Shown here: piece by piece, positions 41,333 to 50,112 of the stretch
How the letters are laid out: the number at the start of each line of letters is the position of its first letter
Position numbering within the stretch: position 1 is the first letter of the stretch
Assembly: GCF_030625865.1 (NCBI RefSeq)
Contig: NZ_DAOUQB010000010.1
Span: 966-64,965 of the forward strand
From: Anaerotignum sp.
GTDB lineage: Bacteria; Bacillota; Clostridia; Lachnospirales; Anaerotignaceae
Reading direction: 5' to 3'
Length of the DNA stretch: 64,000 bases
The notes under the pieces: generated by a model
What the model was told of the DNA's origin: nothing
The model's input: only the letters and a program-made list of their open reading frames with translations
Database searches by the model: none
Program-made: the position numbers and the translations under genes

Positions 41333-42382
41333 ATGAAATTTAAAAAGTTAGTAGCTTCTATGTGTATTGCAGCAATCTCCGTTGCTTCTCTTGCAGGTTG
41401 TTCCAGTAAACCAGCAGAATCCGCTGATCAGCCTGACACAGCTACACCCACAGAAAAAGTACAATTACAGATTGGTTTTGAAAACTCCATGTCTGAACCT
41501 ATCGGGCAGGCTTTGCAGCACTGGGCAGACTTGGTAGATGAGAAATCCGGCGGCACAATGGAAATCGTTCTTTATCCTGACTCTCAGTTGGGTAACAAGA
41601 CAGACTTGATCGACTCCATGCTGTTAGGCGAAAATGTTGCAACTTTAGCTGATGGCGCTTTCTATGCTGATTACGGTGTACCCGATTTTGGCATCGTATT
41701 CGGACCTTTCTTGTTTGACAATTGGGATCAGTGCTGGACATTGATTGAATCCGATTGGTACAAAGAACAAGAAGCAAAATTGCAGGATAAAGGTTTGAAG
41801 CTTCTCGCTTCTAACTGGGCATATGGCGCTCGTCATACCTTGACAGTAAAACCTGTTAATACAGTAGAAGATTTAGCAGGTATGAAGATCCGTGTTCCAA
41901 GCAACCAGATTCAGACTTTGGGCTTTAACGCTTTAGGTGCTGCTGCAACTGGCATGAGCCTTGGTGATGTATATCAGGCATTGCAGACAAAGACAATCGA
42001 CGGTGCTGAAAACCCTCTTGCAACACTGTATGGCCGTAAGTTGCACGAAGTTGCAAAATACTTGATCTTAGATAGTCATGTTTTAAACTTCACAACATGG
42101 GTATGCTCTAACGATTGGTTCAACTCTTTAACAGAAGAACAGCAGAACATTCTTTTGGAAACAGGTAAAGAAGCAGGTATTTACAACAACCAGATTCAGC
42201 AAGAATCCGAAGCTGATTACTTGCAGAAGATGAAAGACGAAGGTGTAACCGTTGTAGAACCTTCTGAAGAAGTTATGGCTGGCTTCCGTGAAAAAGCACA
42301 AGCATTCTACGATCAGGGCGACACATTCGGTTGGTCCGAAGGTCTTTATGACACAGTTCGCGCTGCAATGGGTGCTAAATAA
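41333..42382 (+). CDS. dctP: TRAP transporter substrate-binding lipoprotein (DctP family)
   Basis: Starts MKFKKLVASMCIAAISVASLAGCSS (lipobox) after AGGGGA and is followed by DctQ/DctM genes. Confidence 0.85.
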   Translation: MKFKKLVASMCIAAISVASLAGCSSKPAESADQPDTATPTEKVQLQIGFENSMSEPIGQALQHWADLVDEKSGGTMEIVLYPDSQLGNKTDLIDSMLLGENVATLADGAFYADYGVPDFGIVFGPFLFDNWDQCWTLIESDWYKEQEAKLQDKGLKLLASNWAYGARHTLTVKPVNTVEDLAGMKIRVPSNQIQTLGFNALGAAATGMSLGDVYQALQTKTIDGAENPLATLYGRKLHEVAKYLILDSHVLNFTTWVCSNDWFNSLTEEQQNILLETGKEAGIYNNQIQQESEADYLQKMKDEGVTVVEPSEEVMAGFREKAQAFYDQGDTFGWSEGLYDTVRAAMGAK

Positions 42383-42468
42383 ATCACATCCAAAATAATA
42401 ATACTGACTACTACGGCGGCAGGAGATCCTTCCGCCGTAATTTTCAGAATAGATTCGAGGGAGCGAAT

Positions 42469-42972
42469 ATGAAGAAAAATAATAATATATTATCTATACT
42501 CGCTAATATTGACGTATTTGTTGCTGGAATAGCACTTGCAATTCTGATTATTCTTACGTTTTTAGGCGTTATTTGGCGTCGTGCCTTTGGTGCACCATTC
42601 ACTTGGTTAGAAGAGATCCAGCTTGCTTGTATGGTTTGGATTGTTTTCGCATCAGCAGGTGCAGCTTTTCGTTACGGGAATCACGTTGCCATTGAAATGA
42701 TTGTTGATTTGATGCCCAAAAAAGTTCAAAAAATGTTTACCGTTTTCATTTCAATTGTTGTTGTTGCAGTTATTTTTTACTTATTTATACAAAGTATCGG
42801 TTTTATTCAACTCTTTATAAAGAGTGGACGTTCAACGCCTATGTTAGAAATTCCTTATACATTGATTTATGGTATTGCACCTGTATCTTTTATTTTGATG
42901 ATTCTCAACTACTTCTATGCCCTAGTCAAGGGTGTAAAATCCGAAGCAAAGGAGGCGGTAGAAAGTGAATAG
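42469..42972 (+). CDS. dctQ: TRAP transporter small permease (DctQ)
   Basis: 167 aa, 4 TM helices, positioned between dctP and dctM. Confidence 0.85.
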   Translation: MKKNNNILSILANIDVFVAGIALAILIILTFLGVIWRRAFGAPFTWLEEIQLACMVWIVFASAGAAFRYGNHVAIEMIVDLMPKKVQKMFTVFISIVVVAVIFYLFIQSIGFIQLFIKSGRSTPMLEIPYTLIYGIAPVSFILMILNYFYALVKGVKSEAKEAVESE

Positions 42973-44251
42973 TGTTCTTGCTCTGTCCGCCATCGTGCTA
43001 CTGGTGCTTTTATTTTTGAAAGTTCCGGTATATTTATCCGTATTAGGTGGTTCCGCAATTTATTTTGCTCTAAATCCGACAATAAACACCATTATGTTCG
43101 CCCAAAGAGCGATTACAGGTGTTGAAAGTATATCTTTATTGGCAATTCCCTTTTTCGTTTGTGCCGGTATTTTAATGAACTATACCGGGGTAACAAAACG
43201 TATTATGGATTTTTGTTCCGTACTTACCGGGCGTATGTCCGGAGGGTTGGCACAGGTAAACGTATTGCTTTCCACATTAATGGGCGGTTTATCCGGCTCT
43301 AACTTAGCAGATGCTGCAATGCAGGCGAAAATGCTGGTTCCTGAAATGGAGGCAAAGGGATTCTCCAAAGAGTTTTCCACAGTCGTTACAGCAACCTCCT
43401 CCATGATTACACCTTTGATCCCGCCCGGCATTGCCATGATTTTATACGGTTGTATTGCAAACGTTTCCATCGGTAAACTTTTTATGTCCGGCCTGGGAAT
43501 TGGAACTTTATTGTGTGCCACAATGATGATTTTGGTACGTTTTATCTCTATAAAGCGCGGCTATCAGCCCCTTTACAAAGAAAAGGCTTCTGCAAAGCAA
43601 TATATGACTGCTGCAAAACCTGCAATTCTCCCCTTGTGCTTGCCCATCATTATCATCGGTGGTATCCGTTTAGGGGTCTTTACAGCAACAGAAGCAGGCG
43701 CCATTGCTATTCTTTACGCTATATTCCTTGGTTTACTCTACAAGGAGCTTAACTTGAAAAACACATTCCAAGGCTTAAAGGAAACGGTATGTACCACTTC
43801 ATCTATTATGTTAATTGTTGCAGCTGCCAGTGTTTTCTCCTGGATTTTAACAAAGGAACGTATTCCTCAGCAATTGACAGAATGGATTGTGGGTACAATT
43901 CATAACAAATACATCTTCTTATTGGTTGTAAATATTTTCTTGTTAATCGTTGGTATGTTTATTGAAGGCAATGCTTCCATGATTATCTTAGTTCCTCTCC
44001 TTGCACCTATTGCTGCCAGCTATGGAATTAATGAAATTCAGTTTGCTATGATTTATATCTTCAATAATGCTATCGGTGCTTTATCCCCTCCTATGGGAAC
44101 ACTGATGTTTGTAACGTGTGGGATTACCAAATGTAAAACAGCGGCTTTTATTAAAGAAGCTCTGCCCTTCTATATTCTTTTGGTAATCAACCTGCTTTTG
44201 ATTACTTATGTTCCTGTGTTTTCAACCTTTTTAGTAAACATATTATATTAA
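42965..44251 (+). CDS. dctM: TRAP transporter large permease (DctM)
   Basis: 428 aa polytopic protein. The GTG start after AAGGAGG overlaps the dctQ stop. Confidence 0.9.
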   Translation: MNSVLALSAIVLLVLLFLKVPVYLSVLGGSAIYFALNPTINTIMFAQRAITGVESISLLAIPFFVCAGILMNYTGVTKRIMDFCSVLTGRMSGGLAQVNVLLSTLMGGLSGSNLADAAMQAKMLVPEMEAKGFSKEFSTVVTATSSMITPLIPPGIAMILYGCIANVSIGKLFMSGLGIGTLLCATMMILVRFISIKRGYQPLYKEKASAKQYMTAAKPAILPLCLPIIIIGGIRLGVFTATEAGAIAILYAIFLGLLYKELNLKNTFQGLKETVCTTSSIMLIVAAASVFSWILTKERIPQQLTEWIVGTIHNKYIFLLVVNIFLLIVGMFIEGNASMIILVPLLAPIAASYGINEIQFAMIYIFNNAIGALSPPMGTLMFVTCGITKCKTAAFIKEALPFYILLVINLLLITYVPVFSTFLVNILY

Positions 44252-44428
44252 TTACGGTTTAAAATTTAAAAGACTATGCGGAAAAAATCCAAAATCAGGA
44301 TGATTCTGCTAGTCTTTTTATTTTGTCAAATTTTTTAGAATAGCTCTCCTTTTTTATACCCCTCTGATTTCTCAAAACAAGAATAATCCATTACATCTCA
44401 GAGAAAAATAACATCTGAGGTGAATACA

Positions 44429-45223
44429 ATGATTAAGCAAAAATCGGGAAATCAAGAGCCTATAAAAAAAGATATATTAAAAAATAAAAATAACGACAAA
44501 TCCCACAAAGCATTCCATGAAAACGCACATAAACAGGAAAATAATAAACAACATTTGAAACAAAAACAGCTTTACGTAGAATTGACAAAGCATTTATGCG
44601 CAGACTTTCAACCATCGACATACTTAAACCAATTGTTGTCTGGGGGAAAGCTTGACGAATATCCCTATACGATGCTAAAAATATTAGAAACAATACCCCA
44701 ATCTCCTGTCCATCATCCGGAAGGATGTGTTTGGAATCATGTTTGCCTAGTGGTAGATCATGCAGCACGGGTGCGTCAGCAAAGTCGTGATCCCCTTACC
44801 TTTATGTGGGCAGCCCTTTTGCACGATATTGGAAAATCAAAAACAACCAGAGAACGTCGTGGAAAAATTACAGCCTATGATCATGACACAGTGGGAATGC
44901 ATATGGCAGTGGAATTCCTGTCTCAGTTAACGGATGACCAAACCCTCATTAAACACGTTGGGGCCTTAGTTAAATATCATATGCATCCATTATACGTTCT
45001 CAAAGGTTTACCTTTTGGAGATATGCAAGGAATGAAAGCAGAAACTGATGTCCGAGAAATTGCATTATTAGGATTTTGCGACCGTATGGGTCGAACAGGA
45101 AGTAATGCAGGGGAGGAAAGTAAAAAAATTAAGATGTTTATGGAAAAATGCGGCATAAAAAATTCATCTTTGCATTTATCCTCCCACGGACAAAGATTGC
45201 AACACCCATCATTTCTGGGGTAG
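44429..45223 (+). CDS. HD-domain phosphohydrolase with Lys/Asn/Gln-rich N-terminal tail
   Basis: ..HHPEG..LLHDIGK..DH.. HD-superfamily motifs. The ATG at 44429 follows GAGGTG. Confidence 0.7.
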   Translation: MIKQKSGNQEPIKKDILKNKNNDKSHKAFHENAHKQENNKQHLKQKQLYVELTKHLCADFQPSTYLNQLLSGGKLDEYPYTMLKILETIPQSPVHHPEGCVWNHVCLVVDHAARVRQQSRDPLTFMWAALLHDIGKSKTTRERRGKITAYDHDTVGMHMAVEFLSQLTDDQTLIKHVGALVKYHMHPLYVLKGLPFGDMQGMKAETDVREIALLGFCDRMGRTGSNAGEESKKIKMFMEKCGIKNSSLHLSSHGQRLQHPSFLG

Positions 45224-45298
45224 CCAGCTAAGTTTCTACCAACATCAACTTTCCAAAATCAGAACCTGTTGCTCCTTTTCACATTTTCTCCAAAATTT

Positions 45299-45336
45299 AA
45301 GGCTTTCTATAATTTTCACCATAGAAAGCCTTTTTC
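45299..45336. terminator. bidirectional intrinsic terminator
   Basis: AAGGCTTTCTAT-aattttcacc-ATAGAAAGCCTT followed by TTTT, between convergent genes. Confidence 0.75.
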
Positions 45337-45405
45337 GTATTCCCTAATATAATTATTCCAATATAGGGCTTTTTGCAATGGGCTTTTAAACACCCACTAT
45401 TCGGA

Positions 45406-45558
45406 TTATCCCTTATCAGCACCCGGTTTGTGGCGAGATCCTGATTGTTTTTTCTTGTTTCGCCCTTCTCCGTCCAATGCACTTTCTGCCATAGTAGGCC
45501 CGCCATTTGCTTTTGCTTTGCGAACTTCCTTCGGATCAAGCTGACTGTCTTTTGCCAT
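45406..45558 (-). CDS. small (50 aa) highly charged hypothetical protein
   Basis: Below the ORF-track size cut-off. GAGGTGA lies 7 nt upstream of the ATG. The product is MAKDSQLDPKEVRKAKANGGPTMAESALDGEGRNKKKQSGSRHKPGADKG*, followed by the 45299-45336 terminator. Confidence 0.45.
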   Translation of the reverse strand: MAKDSQLDPKEVRKAKANGGPTMAESALDGEGRNKKKQSGSRHKPGADKG

Positions 45559-45680
45559 AAATTATCACCTCGAAACCAGTATTTGCAAAACTGATATTTC
45601 TATTCATTTTTTCCTAAAAAACACCTTTATTAGGATTGGCACACCCCATAAGTGCAGTCAATTTCTCTTTCTTCTTTGAC

Positions 45681-46790
45681 TTATACTACAGCAACGACTA
45701 ACCATAATACTCCAAGAAATAAAAGATTAATCGCTGTAAATACACAAAGATACTTGCATGTCTGAGCGCCTCTTGTAGAAGCATACGCCTTATAAGAAAT
45801 AACGCTAGCCATGGAAGCTATCAATGTCCCCAATCCTCCAAGATTGACCCCCACCAATAGTCCTGAATAATTCGCAGTAAACTTTGATAGGAGCATAGTA
45901 GCAGGAACATTACTGATTATCTGGCTAAGCAAAATAGAAACCATTAGCTCTCTTCCCCCTACCAATTCATAGAGTATGTTGCTAACAGCAGGTATATTTC
46001 TTATATTCCCGATAAAGATAAACAATAAAATAAAGGTAAGTAGCAATCCATAATCCACCCGAAGGAATATATCTCCCGCAAAAATCAAAACCCCACTCAG
46101 AACAAATATAAGTGCAATACCATAAGGAATCATACGTAAAACAGCCAATAAACATATAAAAAATAGCAAACACCACAAAACAGGTTTTTCAACTTCGCTC
46201 TTTCCCCCTTGGAAGCCCTCTCCAGACAGTTCTATCGCCTCTGGCTTAACAAAAAAAATAACTGCAAAAAGCAGTAAAAGCGAAATTGCTGACGGCATAG
46301 CCATTGTCTTTAAAAACTGCCCCATAGTCATATTCGAAATAGAATACAAATATAAGTTTTGAGGATTCCCAAGAGGTGTAAGCATGCTGCCCAGGTTTGC
46401 GGCAATCGTTTGTAAAACAATCACAGGAATCATAAGCTTTCTTTTTTCTGTCTGCGTCAGCATCATAATACTAAGGGGAACAAATGTAATTAAAGCAACG
46501 TCATTGGTGATTAACATACTACTAAAAAAACAAATTCCTACCAAAATAAAAACCAACACACGAGTATTATGTACAATCTTTAATAAACGGGTAATAATAC
46601 ACTCAAAGATGCCAGCTTTTTGAAACCCCGCTACTACCATCATCATGGAAAACAGCAGACTTAAGACACGCAAATCTAGATACTCTAAATATTTCTTTGA
46701 AGGATGGACAAATAAAGCAGAAATAATCGCAACTACAAAAGCTACAAACAAAACAGGATCACCGTAAATAAATTTTCTTAATTCTTTCAT
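45681..46790 (-). CDS. ArsB/NhaD/CitMHS-superfamily ion permease
   Basis: About 370 aa with 10-12 TM helices. Start at MKELRKF after GGGAG. It lies directly downstream of zur with no terminator in between. Confidence 0.65.
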   Translation of the reverse strand: MKELRKFIYGDPVLFVAFVVAIISALFVHPSKKYLEYLDLRVLSLLFSMMMVVAGFQKAGIFECIITRLLKIVHNTRVLVFILVGICFFSSMLITNDVALITFVPLSIMMLTQTEKRKLMIPVIVLQTIAANLGSMLTPLGNPQNLYLYSISNMTMGQFLKTMAMPSAISLLLLFAVIFFVKPEAIELSGEGFQGGKSEVEKPVLWCLLFFICLLAVLRMIPYGIALIFVLSGVLIFAGDIFLRVDYGLLLTFILLFIFIGNIRNIPAVSNILYELVGGRELMVSILLSQIISNVPATMLLSKFTANYSGLLVGVNLGGLGTLIASMASVISYKAYASTRGAQTCKYLCVFTAINLLFLGVLWLVVAVV

Positions 46791-46867
46791 TTTTCTTACT
46801 CCCAAATAACATAGCATTGCCATTGTACCGAAAATACTATTTTCTCAAAAAGATTTTAAGCATCGTT

Positions 46868-47296
46868 TTATTCTGATTTTTTTCTGCATTCAGAACAATA
46901 ACCAAAAAAAACAAGTTTATGACTTGTAATATTAAATTCCGTTTCCCTTTCAAGGGCTTTTTCATATTCCTGTATCGGGCAGTGATCTAAGGCAATTATT
47001 TTTCCGCAGGATATACAAATAATATGGTGCTTATGCCCCATTCCCAACACCTCGTATACCGCTTTGTTATTTGTGATGTTACTCTTTTGCACCAATCCTT
47101 TGGAAACAAAGACATCTAAAATTCTATAAATTGTTGAAAGGCTCATGTTTTTCTCTTTTTCCATAAGCTTCACATAGATTTCTTCTGCGGTTAAAGGCAC
47201 ATCCGAATCTGTCAGCAGTTGAAAAACCAGTTCTCTTTGTTTGGTTGCTTTAATATCATTTTTCTTAAATATCTCTTTGCAACTTTTACTTTCCAT
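46868..47296 (-). CDS. zur: Fur-family metalloregulator, probably Zur
   Basis: ..KATKQRELVFQLL..LSTIYRILD.. winged HTH, HHHIIC..C and CxxC metal sites. Encoded within a znuABC-type operon. Confidence 0.75.
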   Translation of the reverse strand: MESKSCKEIFKKNDIKATKQRELVFQLLTDSDVPLTAEEIYVKLMEKEKNMSLSTIYRILDVFVSKGLVQKSNITNNKAVYEVLGMGHKHHIICISCGKIIALDHCPIQEYEKALERETEFNITSHKLVFFGYCSECRKKSE

Positions 47297-47335
47297 CTTA
47301 ATCACACCTTCCACAAAATATTATACTAACAAGAC

Positions 47336-48157
47336 TTAATTCATTTGATTGCGAAATTTAATAGAATAAAAGATATAAACGAACAAATATCCTATAGCAG
47401 AGAGAATGACAATGGCAGCACCGGAGGCAACATTAAACACATAGGATATCCATAGCCCCACAAAACAAAATAAAGCACCTATGATTATAGATAATACCAT
47501 CCGCAATTTCAAGTTTTTAGCCAATAAACCCGCTATGGCCGTGGGTGCCGTAAATAGCGCCAAAATCAGAATAATACCCACAACACGAATTAAAACTACA
47601 ACAGACATGGCAATTAATACAAAAAGAAGATATTCCATAAATGCAGTCTTTATCCCTATAATGGATGCAAATTCCTCATCAAACATGTAGGCTTTCCAAT
47701 AATTAAATAATAACGTAATGACAAGCACAACGACGATTGTAAAAACCGCCATAAAAAACAGATCTCCTCTGGTTACCGACAGGATGCTTCCAAACAAATA
47801 AGATGATAAATCCGGTGGATACCCGGGCGTCATAGCTATAAATAAAATACCAAGAGCCATTCCCAAAGACCAGAAAAGCCCAATCACTACATCTGAACGA
47901 GTGCCTCCCCTTCTTTTGATGTATCCTATGCCCAAAGCCGCAAGTATGGAGATAAAAAGAGCACCGATAATGGGTTCAAACCCAAACAAATACCCAAGGC
48001 CTACCCCGCCGTATGAAGTATGAGCGATCCCACCACTCATCATAATCAATTTTTTTTCAACAATAATCACACCGATAATACCACACACAATGCTTGCAAG
48101 AATGCTTGCAATTACTGCATTTTGAACAAATTGATATTGGAATAAAGATAGTAGCAT
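47336..48157 (-). CDS. znuB: metal (Zn/Mn) ABC transporter permease
   Basis: Polytopic ABC-3 family pattern. Start at MLLSLFQYQF after GGAGGAA, immediately following the ATPase stop. Confidence 0.8.
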   Translation of the reverse strand: MLLSLFQYQFVQNAVIASILASIVCGIIGVIIVEKKLIMMSGGIAHTSYGGVGLGYLFGFEPIIGALFISILAALGIGYIKRRGGTRSDVVIGLFWSLGMALGILFIAMTPGYPPDLSSYLFGSILSVTRGDLFFMAVFTIVVVLVITLLFNYWKAYMFDEEFASIIGIKTAFMEYLLFVLIAMSVVVLIRVVGIILILALFTAPTAIAGLLAKNLKLRMVLSIIIGALFCFVGLWISYVFNVASGAAIVILSAIGYLFVYIFYSIKFRNQMN

Positions 48158-48158
48158 A

Positions 48159-48947
48159 TCATTGTTCCTCCTTTGCTCTAGGCTGTGCCCCATGGGCAAA
48201 AAGGTCAATTGGGTATCCGTATAAAGCCTTTGCTATTTCTTCATTCAGCTCATTTCCACCATGATAAACTAACCTTCCTTTCATGCAGGCTAAGGTTTTT
48301 ACCTGAGAAGATACGGCAAGCAAATCGTGAGTAACCATAATAATTGTCATACTCTGATTCAGCTCCTTCAGCAAGGAAAAAATTTGGTCACCGGAGCTTA
48401 CATCCACGCTTGCCGTCGGCTCATCCAAAATCAAAAGCTTTGGCTCCACCGCCAACGCCCTTGCAATCAGCATCCTTTGGAATTCCCCGCCTGATAGCTG
48501 GGAAATCATTCTGTCCTTAAGCTTGTAAATACCAACTTTATTGAGGTACGCATCGGCTTTTTCTTTATCTATTTTTGTATATTTATGAAATGGGGCGAAA
48601 GAAGGTTTCAGCATTCCTGTTAAGACCACCTCACGTACTGTGATGGGAAAAGCTTTATCCAACCCTGTAATTTGGGGCACATAGCCAATGAGTTTCCCCG
48701 TTTTACCTGGCTTTTTCCCATAAACCGTAATTTCGCCGCACGAAGGAGAAACCAAACCCAAAATTGCTTTGAGCAAAGTAGTTTTGCCCCCGCCGTTTGG
48801 GCCGATAATCCCCAAATAATCTCCTTCTTGAACGTCAAGAGAAACACCTGCAATAGCAGGTGTTTCTCTGTATTTAACCGTTAGATTGTGAATGCTGACC
48901 GCATTTTTACAATCTTGCATATCACTTACATTTGTTGCATAAATCAT
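48159..48947 (-). CDS. znuC: metal ABC transporter ATP-binding protein
   Basis: Walker A GPNGGGKTT, signature LSGGEFQR, Walker B LLILDEP. Confidence 0.9.
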   Translation of the reverse strand: MIYATNVSDMQDCKNAVSIHNLTVKYRETPAIAGVSLDVQEGDYLGIIGPNGGGKTTLLKAILGLVSPSCGEITVYGKKPGKTGKLIGYVPQITGLDKAFPITVREVVLTGMLKPSFAPFHKYTKIDKEKADAYLNKVGIYKLKDRMISQLSGGEFQRMLIARALAVEPKLLILDEPTASVDVSSGDQIFSLLKELNQSMTIIMVTHDLLAVSSQVKTLACMKGRLVYHGGNELNEEIAKALYGYPIDLFAHGAQPRAKEEQ

Positions 48948-49831
48948 TGCATAACCTCCGAAATAAGTTTAGCCATATTCTTGAGATTTTCTATATAATC
49001 GGATGCAAGAGGTTCCAGCTGAACTGTTTTACCGCCAATTTCTTCCGCAAAAGATTCCGCCTGTGCACTGGAAATTTCAGCTTGGTAAAAAATGGCCTTA
49101 ATATTCTCCTTTTTCGCCAAATCTATCATTTCCTGTAGCTTTTGGGGTGTTGCCTCTTTTCCCTCTTCCTCAAGGGCATACATCTCAAGACCATAATCAT
49201 CAGCTAGATAGCCGAATGCCGGATGGAATACGATTAACTTTCTATTCTCAACGCCCTCCAGAGCCTTTTGAATTTCCTTGTCCAAATCCTCAAGCTGTTT
49301 TATATATTCCTGAGCATTCTCATCATATTCATTTTTATTTTCGGGGTCAATTTCACCCATTTCCCGGGCAATGGACTGAACCATTACCATAGCACGTTTC
49401 GGTGAAAGCCAAATATGGGGATCCCTCTCTCCCGGAGCCAATTCCAAATCTGGATATAACTTTGATACATCATCCTGAAGGCTAATAATTCTCAAATCGT
49501 TCATTTCCCCAGCTTTTGGTAAGATGTTTGCCTCCTCAGTAGGAACTCCCATGGTAAAGTATACTTTCGCATTACTAAATTGCTCCATTTCCTTAGGCGT
49601 GGGTTCGTAATTTTCCGGGCTACTTCCCGGCGGAATCAACACAACCACATCTGCCATGTCCCCGCAGACTGCCTTAACAAAGGTTTCTTCCGGAACAATA
49701 GAAACAGCAACAATGGGTTTTTCCTCTGTTCCTGTACCAGCATTTGTATCGGCTTGTTTATTGGCACAACCGGCAAACATTAACGTAATCATAATCAATA
49801 CTAAAATATTAGAAAAACTTATTTTTTTCAT
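48944..49831 (-). CDS. znuA: metal (zinc) ABC transporter substrate-binding lipoprotein (cluster A-I)
   Basis: Lipobox MFAGC, with ..ENYEPTP.. and ..DPHIWLSP.. metal-site motifs of the ZnuA/AdcA/TroA family. Confidence 0.85.
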   Translation of the reverse strand: MKKISFSNILVLIMITLMFAGCANKQADTNAGTGTEEKPIVAVSIVPEETFVKAVCGDMADVVVLIPPGSSPENYEPTPKEMEQFSNAKVYFTMGVPTEEANILPKAGEMNDLRIISLQDDVSKLYPDLELAPGERDPHIWLSPKRAMVMVQSIAREMGEIDPENKNEYDENAQEYIKQLEDLDKEIQKALEGVENRKLIVFHPAFGYLADDYGLEMYALEEEGKEATPQKLQEMIDLAKKENIKAIFYQAEISSAQAESFAEEIGGKTVQLEPLASDYIENLKNMAKLISEVMQ

Positions 49832-49860
49832 ACCATATGCTCCTTCCCGTAGGATTGCAA

Positions 49861-49926
49861 TTGTTGCAAACGCAAATTATTCGCATTTGCAACAATGATT
49901 ATAATAAAACTACGCTATGCTGTCAA
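49861..49926 (-). promoter_or_regulatory. promoter with overlapping Zur/Fur-type box
   Basis: Minus strand has TTGACA (49926-49921), 17 nt, TATAAT (49903-49898). Immediately after comes a 17+17 near-perfect palindrome TTGTTGCAAACGCAAAT-T-ATTCGCATTTGCAACAA (49861-49895). Confidence 0.7.
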
Positions 49927-50112
49927 GTATTTTACAAGGTAATCCTTCACTTTTTTTGCCCAGCTTTCCACTTTTGTGCTTGTTTCATCCGATTTTTTGC
50001 AAAATAACCTAATCCAAAGTTTGTAATATAAAAAAAGCGCCACTATTTGCGCTCTTTTTATCCCCAATTCTTTTGCTCAGCCAGAAATACCCCAAAGTGT
50101 CCTCTATATGTA

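Noticed and set aside
45297-45539. 80-aa minus-strand ORF from the track.
   Set aside because: It has no RBS and runs through the 45299-45336 terminator hairpin. A better-supported 50-codon ORF occupies another frame of the same strand.
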